Shown piece by piece: positions 37,000-49,700 of a DNA stretch of 64,000 nucleotides (position 1 is its first letter; each line of letters starts with the position of its first letter). The notes under the pieces are model-generated. The model was not told where the DNA came from. It worked only from the letters and a program-made list of their open reading frames with translations, and did no database searches. The position numbers were made by a program, and so were the translations under genes. The stretch is from Moniliella sp. 'wahieum'. Lineage: Eukaryota. The DNA lies in assembly GCA_003971905.1 (NCBI GenBank), contig RSEE01000051.1:372001-436000 (forward strand), written 5' to 3'.

Positions 37000-39900
37000 T
37001 TACCAGCGCAGGGCGAGGATCTTGTTGCGCACCGGTCGCTTCGCCACCAGCACACCCAGCGAGAGCGCCGCAATAGTGAGCAGCAGTTGGGCTTTGTTGA
37101 AAGCGGCCGAAAGAAGATCAAACGTACCGCTCGGGGCCACACGGGTGACAAACGTGTCCAGCCCGGCGGCCCAGACCAACGCGTAGCTCTCCAGTCGCGC
37201 TTGGCCAAACGTAAGCCGTACGGCCCGCTGGACCTGGTGGATATGGGAGACCATCCACTGTGCCGGCACGGCAAAGGCGTGACCCCGTCTAGGGCAAAAG
37301 ACCATCTTCGTTGGGAGTTTGTTTGGTTTTGGCATCAGCGGTCAACGGCACAACAGGGCGACGGGGATCGATCCAGCTGCGCGGAATGGTGATCACGCGC
37401 CCCAGGCGTGTAGTGAGAACCAAGGCTTGTTCGTGATCCCAAAGTGCGTCGAAGTCGTCCCCACGGCGAGGGGGGCTGAAGTCCATGGAAGGGAGAAGGT
37501 TTGCTGGAACGCCAAGACGCCGGTGGCTGAAATGATGATGGGGAGAGTCCGTCGATCCTTGAGAAGAGCTGTCGTCCGACTCCTCCTTGGCCACGGCAGG
37601 CAGGAAAGAGGAGCGGTTCCTCCCGCTCGTCTCCCACAGTAGACGCACATCGCTCCCATCCACATCGTTGTAGAGCTCAAAGCTGGCGATGCGTGCGTGG
37701 ACATCGGCACCAGCTGGCTCGCATCGTCGCATTGGCTGCAGGCGGGGGCGAAGCATAGTATACCACCGTTCCCCAGTTCTCCGTCCACGAACCCGACAGC
37801 GGAGTAGTCTCCGACACGAGCGCATCGGGCAAGTGCAACGCGTTAAGCACACGTCCGCTTACCGCATCGATCACAAGTGCCGAACTCCTCGGCCAGGAGC
37901 GACAGTCGAATGAGTCAACACCAAATACGCGTGGGGGTTAAGAAGCTTGTAGAGCGACCCGGTCGGACTTGACCTTGCCCTGGTTAGCCACCGTGTGCGA
38001 CGCCAAGTCAGGAGGAAGAATGCTGTGCACTTTCTCCCCTCGGGCAAGGGCACCGTCCAAGACAGCTCCGTCGCTCCATTCTTCGAAACAAGGGGTGTAG
38101 CCGCGGAGTTGGGTTCCTTGTACGGCAACAAGAAGTAATCCCAGGTCCCTCGGCAATCGCCTGCAATCTTGATGCGAAGCGGCAGTGGGGGGGGAAAACA
38201 TGTACCTGAGGCGTCGAGTCAAGGACGGCGAGGTGTGAGCAGGCTGTGCTTGGTGCTTCCACCACGTGGGGTCCACCAGTGCACGAGCATCCGGAGGAAG
38301 AAGGAACGTGTCGGCTGCAGGGCCAATCGCCAGAACAAGCCGGCCGACGATGAATCAGAGTCACTCACCTCCACATTCGGAGGCGGGACAAATCGACCAG
38401 TAAGAGTGTCCATGCCATACCCGGGTGATGGTAGGCTCCTCGGGGGTCATTTGGACGTCGGCAACAACAGCCACAGTGGTTGCTGGGTGAAGGCCCGATC
38501 CAGACGCCTCTGCCTGAGCCTCAGCCACGGCCTCGGAATTGGCCGTAGTCGGAGCCAGAGGGAAAATACCCCGGATGTTCAGGAGAGGCTCTGCCCCCCT
38601 TCACCTTGCCCGAAGCCTGTCAGGGACTTCTCCCACAAGAATTGACCGCGGAGAGCAGTGAGTTGAGCGTAGATCTTCCCCCGTTTGGTGGCGGTAACGA
38701 GAACTTTGTTGAAGCCAAAAGGGTCCGGTGTGCGCGCAAACCCACCTCAAGCAACTGGGTCTCGTTGAGCGAGCGGGGGGCAACTGTATGGGGATTAGGC
38801 CCCCGGACGGGGCTAGGTTCTTCCACGGGTCGCTGTCGCTCCGCCACGGCTGCAGAATCGCCCGACAGAGGGGCGATTGCGTCCGCGCCGCCATGCGCTC
38901 AAACCAAGAGCGCAAATACTCGGGAAGTTGGGTAGTAAGATGGATGTGGCGAACCAACGTTGTAAGAAAGATTCGTGTGTAAGGACGTGCAGCGCGGTAG
39001 GAGGTGTGAAAGGAGGAATGTCGACAATCACTTGCGCCGCAGGCTCAGTCAATCCCTCCTCGCGGGCCCACATCAGCTTGTCTTCCTGAACCATACGCAG
39101 ACTTCCCGAAGAGGTCACAGCCACAAACCGCATCGTCAACTGGTACTGTCCGCGCGGGACTACCTCAGCAGGTGCAGCAAGAACAGCACCTTGGGCATCG
39201 TGATCCCACCCGAAGCTGTAACCTGTGATTTGGCCTTGACCTTGGAACGGCTGGGACCACAGGGTGTGACGTTAAGCTGGCTTTGAGAGCGGGAGAAGTA
39301 AAGGCGGTGCACATATGGCGCACCGGTACGGTCAACCGAGGACGATAGATAGCATCGTGGGCTTGCTCTTCCAACTCCCAGCTTTTGTGGTTACCTTTAC
39401 TGTCCTTGGGGTTAAGACGGTACACCTCACCCCGTCCATCAGAGCGTTGGACGGCGACCATGCCATGAAACCCGGCAGGTCCAACCTCAAACAGGCGTAC
39501 GAACTGGGCGCTTGAATCGAGGCAGTAGACCGAGTGGATGGCCGGAGCAGAAGATGCCTCAGTACATCAGTGGCAAGGTATACGATGCGCAGCGATCCGT
39601 CCTTGGTGATCCAAACCACTCGGCATCAGAGCCTGTGTGGACGATCGCCAAGTCGCGGGGTCCTTGGGGCACTGGCGGTCCCTTCAGCAAAGGGTGTGAC
39701 GCCAAGAGCTCGCCAGAGAGTGCAACACTGTACACCCCCACACCACCGTGCTTCTTGCCGGGAGCACAGGAGAGGGACAGAGCGTGGATGATGCGCTGGG
39801 CACCGTGGCCGGCAATGGTCAAGCGAACGAGATGATCCTGAGAATTTTCGATCGGACTGGAGACCCACACAGCACGACCCGAAGTGGCGTGGAGACGAAC

Positions 39901-40617
39901 AATGGTGTTGCCGAGCAGGACCACCAGGTCGCTGGTGCCCTCGAGGAAGGTCGCATCCACATGAGGAAAGCCTTGGGCAGTCCATGGGTTTACGTGATCA
40001 ACGGGACGGGTGTACTCCCAAGTGAGCCACCCAGTGTAGGCGTGGAAAAGACGAATAGTAAGAATATTCGGTGCGAGAGATGGCAAGAGTAATATCCTGC
40101 CACGTGTAAAACGCAAGCAGCGTGTGCTCCGGGTCAAAGACGTGGCGCCAGACTAGGGGACAGGAAGCGGGCGTTAGTATACCGATGCAGCAATTGAAGG
40201 ATCCAGAAACGCACCGATATCACCGTTTCGCGGGTTGAGCGCAGCCAAAACGTTCTGCTCCGTGGCCACGTACACGGCAGTGCGGGCAGGCTCGTCGGCA
40301 TTGGCAGCGCGAGGCAGAATACGGTGGAAACGGGGAGTAAGGTATTGGGCGGCGGAAGGGAAGGATCCAGAAATGTTGGAAGCACCCACGAGTGGGGCGA
40401 TGGAAAAGGGCGAGACAGGTGCGCCTGCCGACAAGGCCGAGGCGGGTGCGCTGCCGCTCCAAGCAGGCCAGTCGGGCACTGCGTTGGAAAGTGGCACACC
40501 GACGCGCGGCACATAGTAGTCGACCAGGTCGGCCTCACCAGCACTCAGGGCGAGGGCGCTCGGAAGCAGGCCGAGGGCGCCCGCCACCGCAGTGGCCGCA
40601 ACGGAGAGCCAGCGCAT
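37000..40617 (-). CDS. EMC1: ER membrane protein complex subunit 1; frameshifted
   Basis: Signal peptide MRWLSVAATAVAGALGLLPSALA, VYVATEQNVLAALNPRNGDI, WAREEGL, LYKLLNPH, WIDPRRP, and the C-terminal LESYALVWAAGLDTFVTRVAPSGTFDLLSAAFNK + TM + LALRW. Confidence 0.92.
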
Positions 40618-42651
40618 GCGGAGAGAAGAGCGGTGGTGGGGTGGGGCTCGAGGCGCTCGAGGCGGGGGTCGGGGTGGGGACAAGCCAGTGGTCGTGCCCA
40701 GATGCGCCCTTCGGCGCATTACGTACACGCCAGTGCTCCTGCCACGTCGACGACAGAACCCCCTGGCTGAAATTTCAGACGGGGTCTTGTTTCCCTTCAA
40801 AAATGCGGCCCAAGCACTCTTTCGGTGCCCGGGCCGACTCAGCCGGTTTTCCAATCGATCTGCTCCGAAGAACTGCTGAGGGCCAAGGATAGGAAAGTAC
40901 CTTTGGTGAGCACCCACCCCAGCCACCCTCTGAGTGGACAACAATAAGAGATTTCCCCAATCAATCCAACATCTCACCGATGCCATATCTTATTGGCGAT
41001 GAAGAGCACGTCGGCCGCTCAAAAATACTTTTCCGGAAGGGTATTATGAACCAAAAACTATAAGCGCCGATAGCGGGGAAGGGGGTCAAACTCTTGACGC
41101 GGTTCGAAATAGTTGTTGCAAGGCTCAGACGCGGGGGATCCCCTCTCCCCCAGTCTTCTGGTGGGGAACGTATGCCTTGCCTGCTCAAAAATGCTTCCGG
41201 AAGGGTATACCGGATGACCCAAAAACTAACTTTTTTACTTCCGTTTGATGAGGTGGTCATATCCCTTCTCCTGCGGGTTTCCTTTCATTGACGGGAGCAT
41301 CAGTTCATCAGGCCGATGTGATTGGACAGTTGTCTCATTGCAGTCGCGCAGTCTTGCGAGTGGTGTTGGATGACAACACGCGGGCACACAGACGAGCCCG
41401 ACGAAGCCGAGAGAGAACTGATACACTTTCCTTTTGTCGCCCTCAGTCTAGGCTGTATCTACGTCCAGACCAGGCTGACTTATCTCAACGTTAGATAAAC
41501 CGATGTTCGGCTTTTTGCTGTTAAACGGAGGACATTCACTTGGATCTATGCAATCTATGCACCTTGAATCGAGCTTCTTTCTCTTACGGCGCAAAGTTGG
41601 CATGGTCATTGAGGTCCCTGAGAAAAATGATTTTGCATTGATTGGACTATTTAGATTTTGGTGTGGCGGATGCAAGTAAGTGCTCAGGCTCAGTTAAGCG
41701 AATGAGTTCCGAGTTGAGTCTCCGGGTCAGCGCAACTCGTTTGCGCGTCTTCCTCCTGATATGCATTCCTCGTTCCTGGCCCGTGAGGACGGAGAAAACC
41801 GCCGCTTTATATTTTGGGCGTTTTTCTGGTTTCGACTGTGCCCACACCGTTCCTGGCGGACTATAGCTTTCCTTGTTCGGTCTGGGTGCCTTCCTGAGGA
41901 CCGTTGGCCTGGCCTGGCAATCTTATCGGTACCCGGTAACCGGCGTTTCTGGTCGTGTGCGTTGTCTATTAGTAGAATTCCTTATAGATCCTGTGTCTGA
42001 TATGGCCATTGATATTCAAATCTGTTCTTTCTCTTCCTGCACACATGGGAGACATACAGAACCAACGCTCTGAGCTAAGCAATAAGCGATAAGCGGTAAG
42101 CTCCAAAACATGTTCGTGGCATAGACGAGCGTTGGATGTTCTCCTTAGCACCGTCAGGCCTCATCAGGGGGACTACTAAAACGATATCGGGTCCAAGGAT
42201 GGTGTGTTATCATCCCAACTGTCCTAAACCATTAGAGCGCATGGGCTCAAGTTTGGGAGCGATCTCTACCCACGTGTCTCCCTTGCGTCCGCCTCGAAGG
42301 TTGCTATACGGTATAAACGCATCACCCCAAGCATCCCGTTGGGCTTCAAACAAGGCAAATCGATCACTGGGCGCAATAGATACCCATGCAAACCAAGCCA
42401 GAAGGGCCGTTGGCCCTCCTCAAATACACGCGTGCCAAGGGGTTGGGAGGCAAAGAGCAGAAGAGCAGACAGGGCTTGGCTATGCACAGGGGGTTAAGAG
42501 GTCGTGGAGAGCAGTCGTATAATCACATAGAGGCACAGGGTCACAGACAGTAGACAGTAGACAAAAATCCTGGACAGGGGCAGCGAGAATGGTAGAGATC
42601 GGACGCAGAGTCCTACAAGGGCCACAGCAAACGTCGGGAGTCGGGAAGGGA

Positions 42652-43978
42652 CTAATAGTACGGCACAGTAGCGGTATTGGAAGGATAAGGACCGTGCCTA
42701 CGGCGATCCGTATCGTACCCATGCATCGCCGGGCGCGGAACATGTTGCACGTACTCTGAACCTTGAGACCAACCACCCAGCATGGGCGCATCGTAGCGTG
42801 CGTCGTACGCCTCCGACGGTGAAGGGAGATTGGCCGCCATGGCAGAGGGGAAAGATGGCGGCGCACTTGTCCCCGCCGGTGTGGGGGGGAAAGGAGGAAG
42901 TGCATAGGAATTGGATACCATCGAAGGTGAAGTCTGCGGCTGCACTTGCATAGCCTGTTGAACCTGTTGGGCCTGCTGAAGCAGACGACGTTTCTTGGTG
43001 CGTTCACGATGAGACTCGTAGGTGATGCCGGAAAAGGCAAAGACTGCACGTTGTTCCCTCGTCAGAGGTCCTCTCCTCATCAACGTGTCGTTCGTAGTGC
43101 AGGAACGCTTGCTCGCCACACACGCGAAAGGTACTTGGCGATCGCATCTGCTCACCCACGAGGCCAAGGTCAGGACCAGGACCAGATCCGCAAAAAAAGA
43201 AGAGGGAAAATACGTACTTGACCTTGCGCCGTCTACATTCGTCGCATGCTGGTTGCCCTTCGCGAGCGCCCACTCGCGGCCGCAAGGAACGCTGAAGGTC
43301 AATTGAGTTGACCAGGTTGGCAATGTAGGCTGCACGGGTTTGCTCATCCATCGCCTAGGGGACCCGCAGCCATGGAACTAGCATGTGCAGCAGGACCAGA
43401 CACGGAGTGGTGTCGCGCCGGAGCTCCATAACCATCAGGAGAACTCCACTCTGTAGGAGTCGGCTGCTGCTGATAAGCGGATGAGTACCGCGATCCTCGA
43501 CCGTCGAGAGACGAGGGTGCTGACGAAGCGCTGCCGCCGCGCGTTCGCGCCACACACAGCCGGAGGGACAGAGCCATAGGGGGGGGCTGGGGGGGCCATG
43601 CCGTAGTAAGGATTGGCCTCGGAGTGAGAGCGCTGGGACGTAAGTGGAGGCGCTGGTGGCGCCGGCGCATACACCTCTGGGCCGAACGAATGAGCAAGGT
43701 GGGCGTCACGGTGCGAGCCATATGACGGAGTGTCTGCCCGAGTTCATGGTTAGCCACGCTTGTGGGGACGGAACCGATCGACGAAAGGATTACTTACGAT
43801 GCATGGTGGCCGGATTCGGAGCCGGGCCAGTTGGAGAGGGCGCATCAAAGAGGCCACGCGGCGGGAGTCGTGGACGAGACATGGACTGCGGAGGAGGGGC
43901 TGCGCTTGGGGAGGGGTACATAGACGTGTTGGTTGGGGAAAGTTGCTCAGATACTAGGCGCTTGGCTGATGGGATCAT
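42652..43978 (-). CDS. Zn(II)2Cys6 fungal transcription factor; introns ~43759-43796 and 43148-43217
   Basis: Spliced PACDECRRRKVK|CDRQVPFACVASKRSCTT..RRGP, with Pro/Ser/Gln-rich flanks. One expected Cys is absent in this sequence. Confidence 0.8.
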
Positions 43979-45581
43979 CTCGTATACCGGAAGAGAGAGA
44001 ACGGCGGCAGGTGGCAGCACGGCAGCACAGCAGCAGGGGTAGTGTCAACAGATGAATGGCCGGCGCACTGGGGAGCACAGGAAAGAAGGGGCTGAGCGTT
44101 GGTGAGCTGGCGACGAGAGAACAGAGGACGGTGAAGGTGGTGGTGAGAGGCTTGATCTCGTGTGGGGGGCAGATGTGGTGTTGGCCGCTATCCGTCCCAG
44201 CGGCAGCCACCGTGGGATAACAGGCACAAGAAAGTTTGGCCTGCAGCGTCGGGAGGGGAGGGGCGCTAGGCTGCACCAGGGGGCACCCCACGGGTGCAGG
44301 TGCCTGCCGAGGCTTGCGGTGCGCGCTGGTGCCTGCTGTGGCCTGCGCGCGCGTCGCACGGTCGCAATTATCAGTCTGACCTACGTGAGGGCCGCCGTGC
44401 ACGGGGCAGTTTGGGCTGCAATCAGCCACTCAGGTACAGGGACACCAGCGCACCTGGCCGCCGAGCGCTTCGCACAGCACTGGTCCAGTGTGCCTGGGAG
44501 AGAGCGCTGGCCGAGCGCTGAGCCTGGGCGCGATATGCATCCCTTGCAGGCGCTGAGCGCTGACCAGGCTAGGCCTGCGCCACTGGCACTGCGTCCTGAA
44601 GCACTATACGCACTCCGTACGTACGCAGGACTGCTGTACTGATGTACCGATGTGCCTCCCGGGACAACGGCGTAGGGCCAGGCATACAGGGCAGGTGCGC
44701 GAGATGCAGCGGCCGTCTGGCCATGGCCCGGCCGCAGGCGGCCAGTGTCCACAGTGCTGGCTGCCATGTGTACTGGACGCCGTGGTGCGCAAGAGAGCAC
44801 GCGGCGCCGCCTGGACGAGCACGCCTGCCCCCGCCGTGCTCGGGGTGCGCTGGAGGCGAGAGGCAGCAGCTCGTCAGTATTCACTGTATCGGGGCGCATC
44901 CCACACGGCGGAACAATATGCGCACTCGTGTCTGACAGACAGGAACCCAATCACAGCGTGTGGACGCGGCCGGGACAAGCGATGCGGTGCTGCGGCCTGC
45001 TGCCGCGCCGAGTGCGTTATCGCAACCTTGCTTGCGCACTGGCAATCGCCTATCGCACAATCAACCACCAAACATCCGAACAAGGCAGCACGCCGGTGTG
45101 GGCGGCCACCGCGCCGGTGCTGGGGTCTGGCCGTGGCTGGCCAGGCGCCAAGGCGGGGGGTGCCAGCGCCCCCACCCGTGCCGGGCACAGCCATGCGGAG
45201 GCGACGCCGCCGCATCGACAGTGTGATGTCTGCGACGCTGATAAAATGATTAATGATTGGCCGCAGAGGGCGGCGGCGGCACAAGCTCGGCCGGCAGCGT
45301 TGGCCCCACACTGGTGCCACGCGCATCAGGCACGCTGCGGGTTTTTGGGGGCAAATGTACCACACACGCATGGGTGATTGCGTGTGCGGACGCGTGGGCG
45401 CTGTCCCGCTGCTTCTATCCGCTTCTATCGGCTGTATGTAATAGCACTGGGGCGGGCACGCGCAAGGGAATTAACGGATGATGCATGTGGGGCCCAAGCC
45501 CCCAGCTTCAAGCTCTTCAAGATAGCTTCACCACCAGCTAGTCACGACAGCTTCGTTTTGGCCGCTCCAAGTCACTACACT

Positions 45582-45668
45582 GCTCAGTACTCGGTACACA
45601 CTACGCGGTACTCAGTACCCAGTACCCACGTCTGATTACTCAGTCTCAGTACTCAAGACGTACTCAAG
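45582..45668. repeat. Degenerate TACTCAG/CTCAGTAC short tandem array
   Basis: gctcagtactcggtac...ggtactcagtacccagtacc...attactcagtctcagtactcaagacgtactcaag. Confidence 0.7.
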
Positions 45669-46075
45669 TTTCCAGCCTTCCAACAGCTTCTTTCCAGTGG
45701 TACCAGCAGGTACCTGAGATCATCTCAATCAGTACAGTCCTTGTGGACCGCATGTGACCGGTGACCGGTGACATGTGACATGGGTTGCATGATGCATGAG
45801 ACCGTGGCCTGTATGTTGATGAAAAGTTTACCCACACCCTTTCGCATACCGTGTCGTATCTTCTTCTGCGTAACATAGGACCGACCTGGCAGTCACTTAT
45901 CTTCCTGGTAGGGCCACGTGCTTAGGAATCCAACCCTCGTGCGGTATGCCGCTGCTATCATGCATAGGATCTGCATCGTCATGGTCTTGTGGGCTGCATG
46001 GCGTCCAATTGTTTGCATCAAACGCCATCGTTTGCGCATCATAAGTGACTAGTGAGCCGAGTCCAAAACAAAAAG

Positions 46076-46170
46076 TGACGAGAGTGGGATTCGAACCCAC
46101 GCCCCGGAGGACTGCGGTTATTGGAACAAGTTCCTTAACACAGCGCGTTAGACCACTTCGCTATCTCGCC
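46076..46170 (-). tRNA. tRNA-Leu(AAG) with ~15-nt intron (46118-46132)
   Basis: Acceptor GGCGAGA/TCTCGTC, D-arm GCGAAGTGGTCTAACGC, anticodon stem CTGTG/CGCAG with loop TT-AAG-G, long variable arm, T-arm GTGGGTTCGAATCCCAC, oligo-T terminator. Confidence 0.93.
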
Positions 46171-46720
46171 ACTGCCCTTTCGACGACAGCATAGGTTACA
46201 GCACCCTATATGGTCGACAGGACTTGGACTGGGACAGAGAAACGCTACGCTTAAGATGCTCGCTCATCTCGCCCACGGGTGTGCTGCTGCTCGCACAAAA
46301 CGAACCAGAAACCCAGCCTAGCCTCGTGCAACGCGCCCAACGTGGACTGGGTGCGGTGCTAAGATTGTGGTAGGGGATTAAATGCAAACCATGATGTCTG
46401 TGGGACTATGATACGCTTGCTGCACTACAGTTTCTCTCTCGCTCCCTTACCACCCCAGGCAAGCAGCCCTTGGGACCTTCCTTTTTCCCCCGGGACCCCT
46501 TACTCCATCACCTCAACACGCCCCGCCCCTCTCCTCCCCGATAAGCTTGCCGACCGACGGTAGTTACTACTTCACTTATCGTTGCCAGTTGTGAGTTCCA
46601 TCAGGCCCTGTCCCTAGAACGCACAGGAACCAACGCCCAAGAAAGAAAGCAGAATCGTTTGATGCATGAACGTGGAATGAACGCTTGGTGGTTGGGCTGG
46701 CTAGGCACCCACACTGCCGC

Positions 46721-46750
46721 GTACCGTACCGTACCGTACCGTACCGTACC
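46721..46750. repeat. Pentanucleotide microsatellite (GTACC)x6 just after the NUP192 stop
   Basis: Directly visible. Confidence 0.95.
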
Positions 46751-46755
46751 GGTAC

Positions 46756-49700
46756 TCATACCGCGCCCACACGTGGGCCGTATCCGTATCCGTCCCCTGG
46801 CCCGTCCCCTGCTCCGTCCGCGGACCCGTCCCGCTCTCTCTCTTGGGCATGAATGAGCGCCGCCTGCATCTTGCGCAGCAGCATCTCCATAAACGTCACC
46901 CGTTCCGGTGCATCGGGCACGGGGGCCGGGTAAAGCCCCAACTCCATCGTCCGATCCATCAGGATCGCTAGTTTCTCCAGCCCAAACCGGACCAAGCGCT
47001 GCACGTCCACCTCGCCCACTGGTACGTGCGCGCGCGCTCGATCGCAGGCGGTGCCAGGTCCAAGTAAAACTCAAAGTGCCGACCGAGGAGGACGAGGAGG
47101 AGCTCAATCACGCCCAAGCTGTGACCGATCGAAGCTTTGAGCATACGCTCCCGTCGGTGGAGTAGATGAGAAGCAAGAGCCGGTTCGGCCGTCAGCTCAG
47201 CCCGTTGGGCGCGCGAAAAGGACTCCAACACGACCCTAGCTCCGCCGCTGAAAGGGTCGTTCCAACGTTGGTAAGCGCAAGCGCTACCTTGTCCAACTTT
47301 CCTACATGCACCGACAGCGCATCAAACTCTTCTTCCAGAGCTTGCACTGCAGTGCCAAGCGAGGGCAAGGCGGGCCCGCGATGCAGCCCGCCCATCTCCC
47401 GAACCCTTGGGCTGCACCACGGTCGACGAGCTCAGAACCGGGTGAATCGGCGCGGCTGTCCCCCGCACCGAAAGGCTCGGACGGGAGTAGGTTTCAAGGT
47501 AGCCCAACAGAGCGCGTTGCAGTCGCTCGACAGCCAAGGAAACGCGCTGCTCGAATCGAAGTTGGCCATCTTGCATGACAACTTGGCTAGCTTGCTCGCG
47601 CTCCGTCTCGGTCATTGGCACCACCCGCCCTGCCCAGCCGGATTTGGCGAGGAAGATGGCCGAAACCGAGAGAAGTTGGTGGTGGTAGTTGGGGGCGTGA
47701 GACGGGAGTGGGTGGTGCAGTTTGGCAGCACGCAGACTCAGAAGAATGACGAGCAAATGCGCTGTTCCACTTGGCCCAGGGACACCTCGGCCATCATCAA
47801 GCTCTGCAACACTTCTACCAACGATTCGCCCTGGTTCGCCAACAGCGCCGAGATCGAGTCGTTCGCCAGTGGCGAAAGACTGGACATGGACGTGACCAGT
47901 TCCAAGGCAGGCGTGAGCAGCTCTGCGTACCGTTCCCTCGCCGCTGGCAGAAATCCTTCCGTGTCAGTGACGTTTTGGCTAGAGGGGGGAGAAGCCGCAA
48001 TGAAGTCTGCTTGGGCCAGGATGTTGATCAGACCGAGATCGAGAAGCGCCTCAACGCCCTTGCGTGACATGGCTAGACGGACAAAGAAAGCCATCTGGGC
48101 TTGGTAGACGTAGAGTGCGTTCAAGGTGGCTGGATCAGGTCGCAGGCACTCTTGTAGAGCCAAATCCGAATCCCGCAGCGCCGAAACCATTGCCTTGAGG
48201 TACCCCTGCTTGTTCAACGTGTCCAACACTTTGGATGGCCGAACCCATCGGGAACCTTCCAGCTCTACAAGTTTGTCGAGGCAGTGTAAGCCACCGCCCA
48301 CACATCCCCCGCCTCCAGCACATCCTTCGCCAAGCGCATCACCACCTCCGTCCCCCGCTCGTCCAAGACCAGTCGAATTTGCAACAAGGTCGTCGTGCCC
48401 GTTGGTGGTACCGAAACGTCGATCCCGCGGCGGATGCATCATCAGGTACGTCCCACTCGTCGCCCCCCGGTGCGCCCCCTTGCTCCTGCTGGACAAACGA
48501 GAGTAGGTTGACCAAAGCAGAGTACAAATTGCCCCGGGTTAAATTGGTGAGACCAGGTTGGAGAATGGCAGAGATGAGCAACCGGACGACTGATACGATC
48601 TGCGCCGCGGACTGGGGCTCAAATTCGTCGGTCCACTCCTTGGCCATCAGACGCACAGCTGCAACCAGTTCCAGTACTGCTCCTGAAACGATCTCCAGGT
48701 TGACCCGGTCAGCCGCGGGAGTGATCAGGGGCAACAGGGTGGTCAAGAGGGAGAACAGAACCGCGCTCCGTGAATTGGTGTGCAGCAGGGAACTGCACCG
48801 GGACAAGATCATCCCCACTGCGTTCCGCCAGTGCTTAAGCGCCAACGTACGGGCCGAGCGAATGGAAGCGTGCGCGTTTTGCGCATCCATCCACTGCAGC
48901 CACCGGTCCGCGTCAGCATCAAATGCATCGCGGGACGCTTGGTCGTTCAGTCCAGCACTTTTGTCCAGTTCTTTGCGCGCCAGCACAAGTGTTGTGCGTG
49001 CCTTGTTCAGATCAAACACCTTGCCTTCCTCATCGGTACGAGCAAGATCATCATTGAGGTTGGCCAGAACAGTCATTTGGCCCGGAGGGAATCACGCGTA
49101 TCCGCCCAGACAAATCCAAAACTAGTGAGCAGGTTGGTTACTTGCAGGCCATCGGCCTGTGGGTCCATCAGCATACCAACCAGCGAAAAAGACAGATTGG
49201 TCAATCCTGCCGTAGACGCTGCGTGGATCTGGAGAGCAATCAACTCGAGCAACGACGCCTTGATCCGCAAGGTGCTCACCAACGCCTCGACACTGGTCTG
49301 CACCACCTTGCCATCTGGATAGATCACCTGACCCACGCCTGTGTCCAGCGCACTGGGCGAGAAGGGGATGGCGCACAAGTGCTGGGCCATAAAATGCTCG
49401 TGCGTGCGCAGGTAAAGCAGCGTGGCCGAGCTGGAATAGGCGTCGGTGCACAACTCGAGCAGCAACTGGAAGCATCGGTCGGCCAGGGCTGGATGGCCAA
49501 CCAGCAGCGACGACAGGCTTCCATCGTCGACGCGAATGAGCGAAAGAATAGCCACAAGACGGTCTCCGGTGCGGATGTCGATGGGTCGGGTAGACGTGGT
49601 GCTTCGGAGGTTGAGGCAGTCACATCGTACCCGAGTAAAAGGTGGGCAACATTGGGTGCCTGCAAACCAACGTGGTCAATAAAGAATTGAAGAATGGCCA

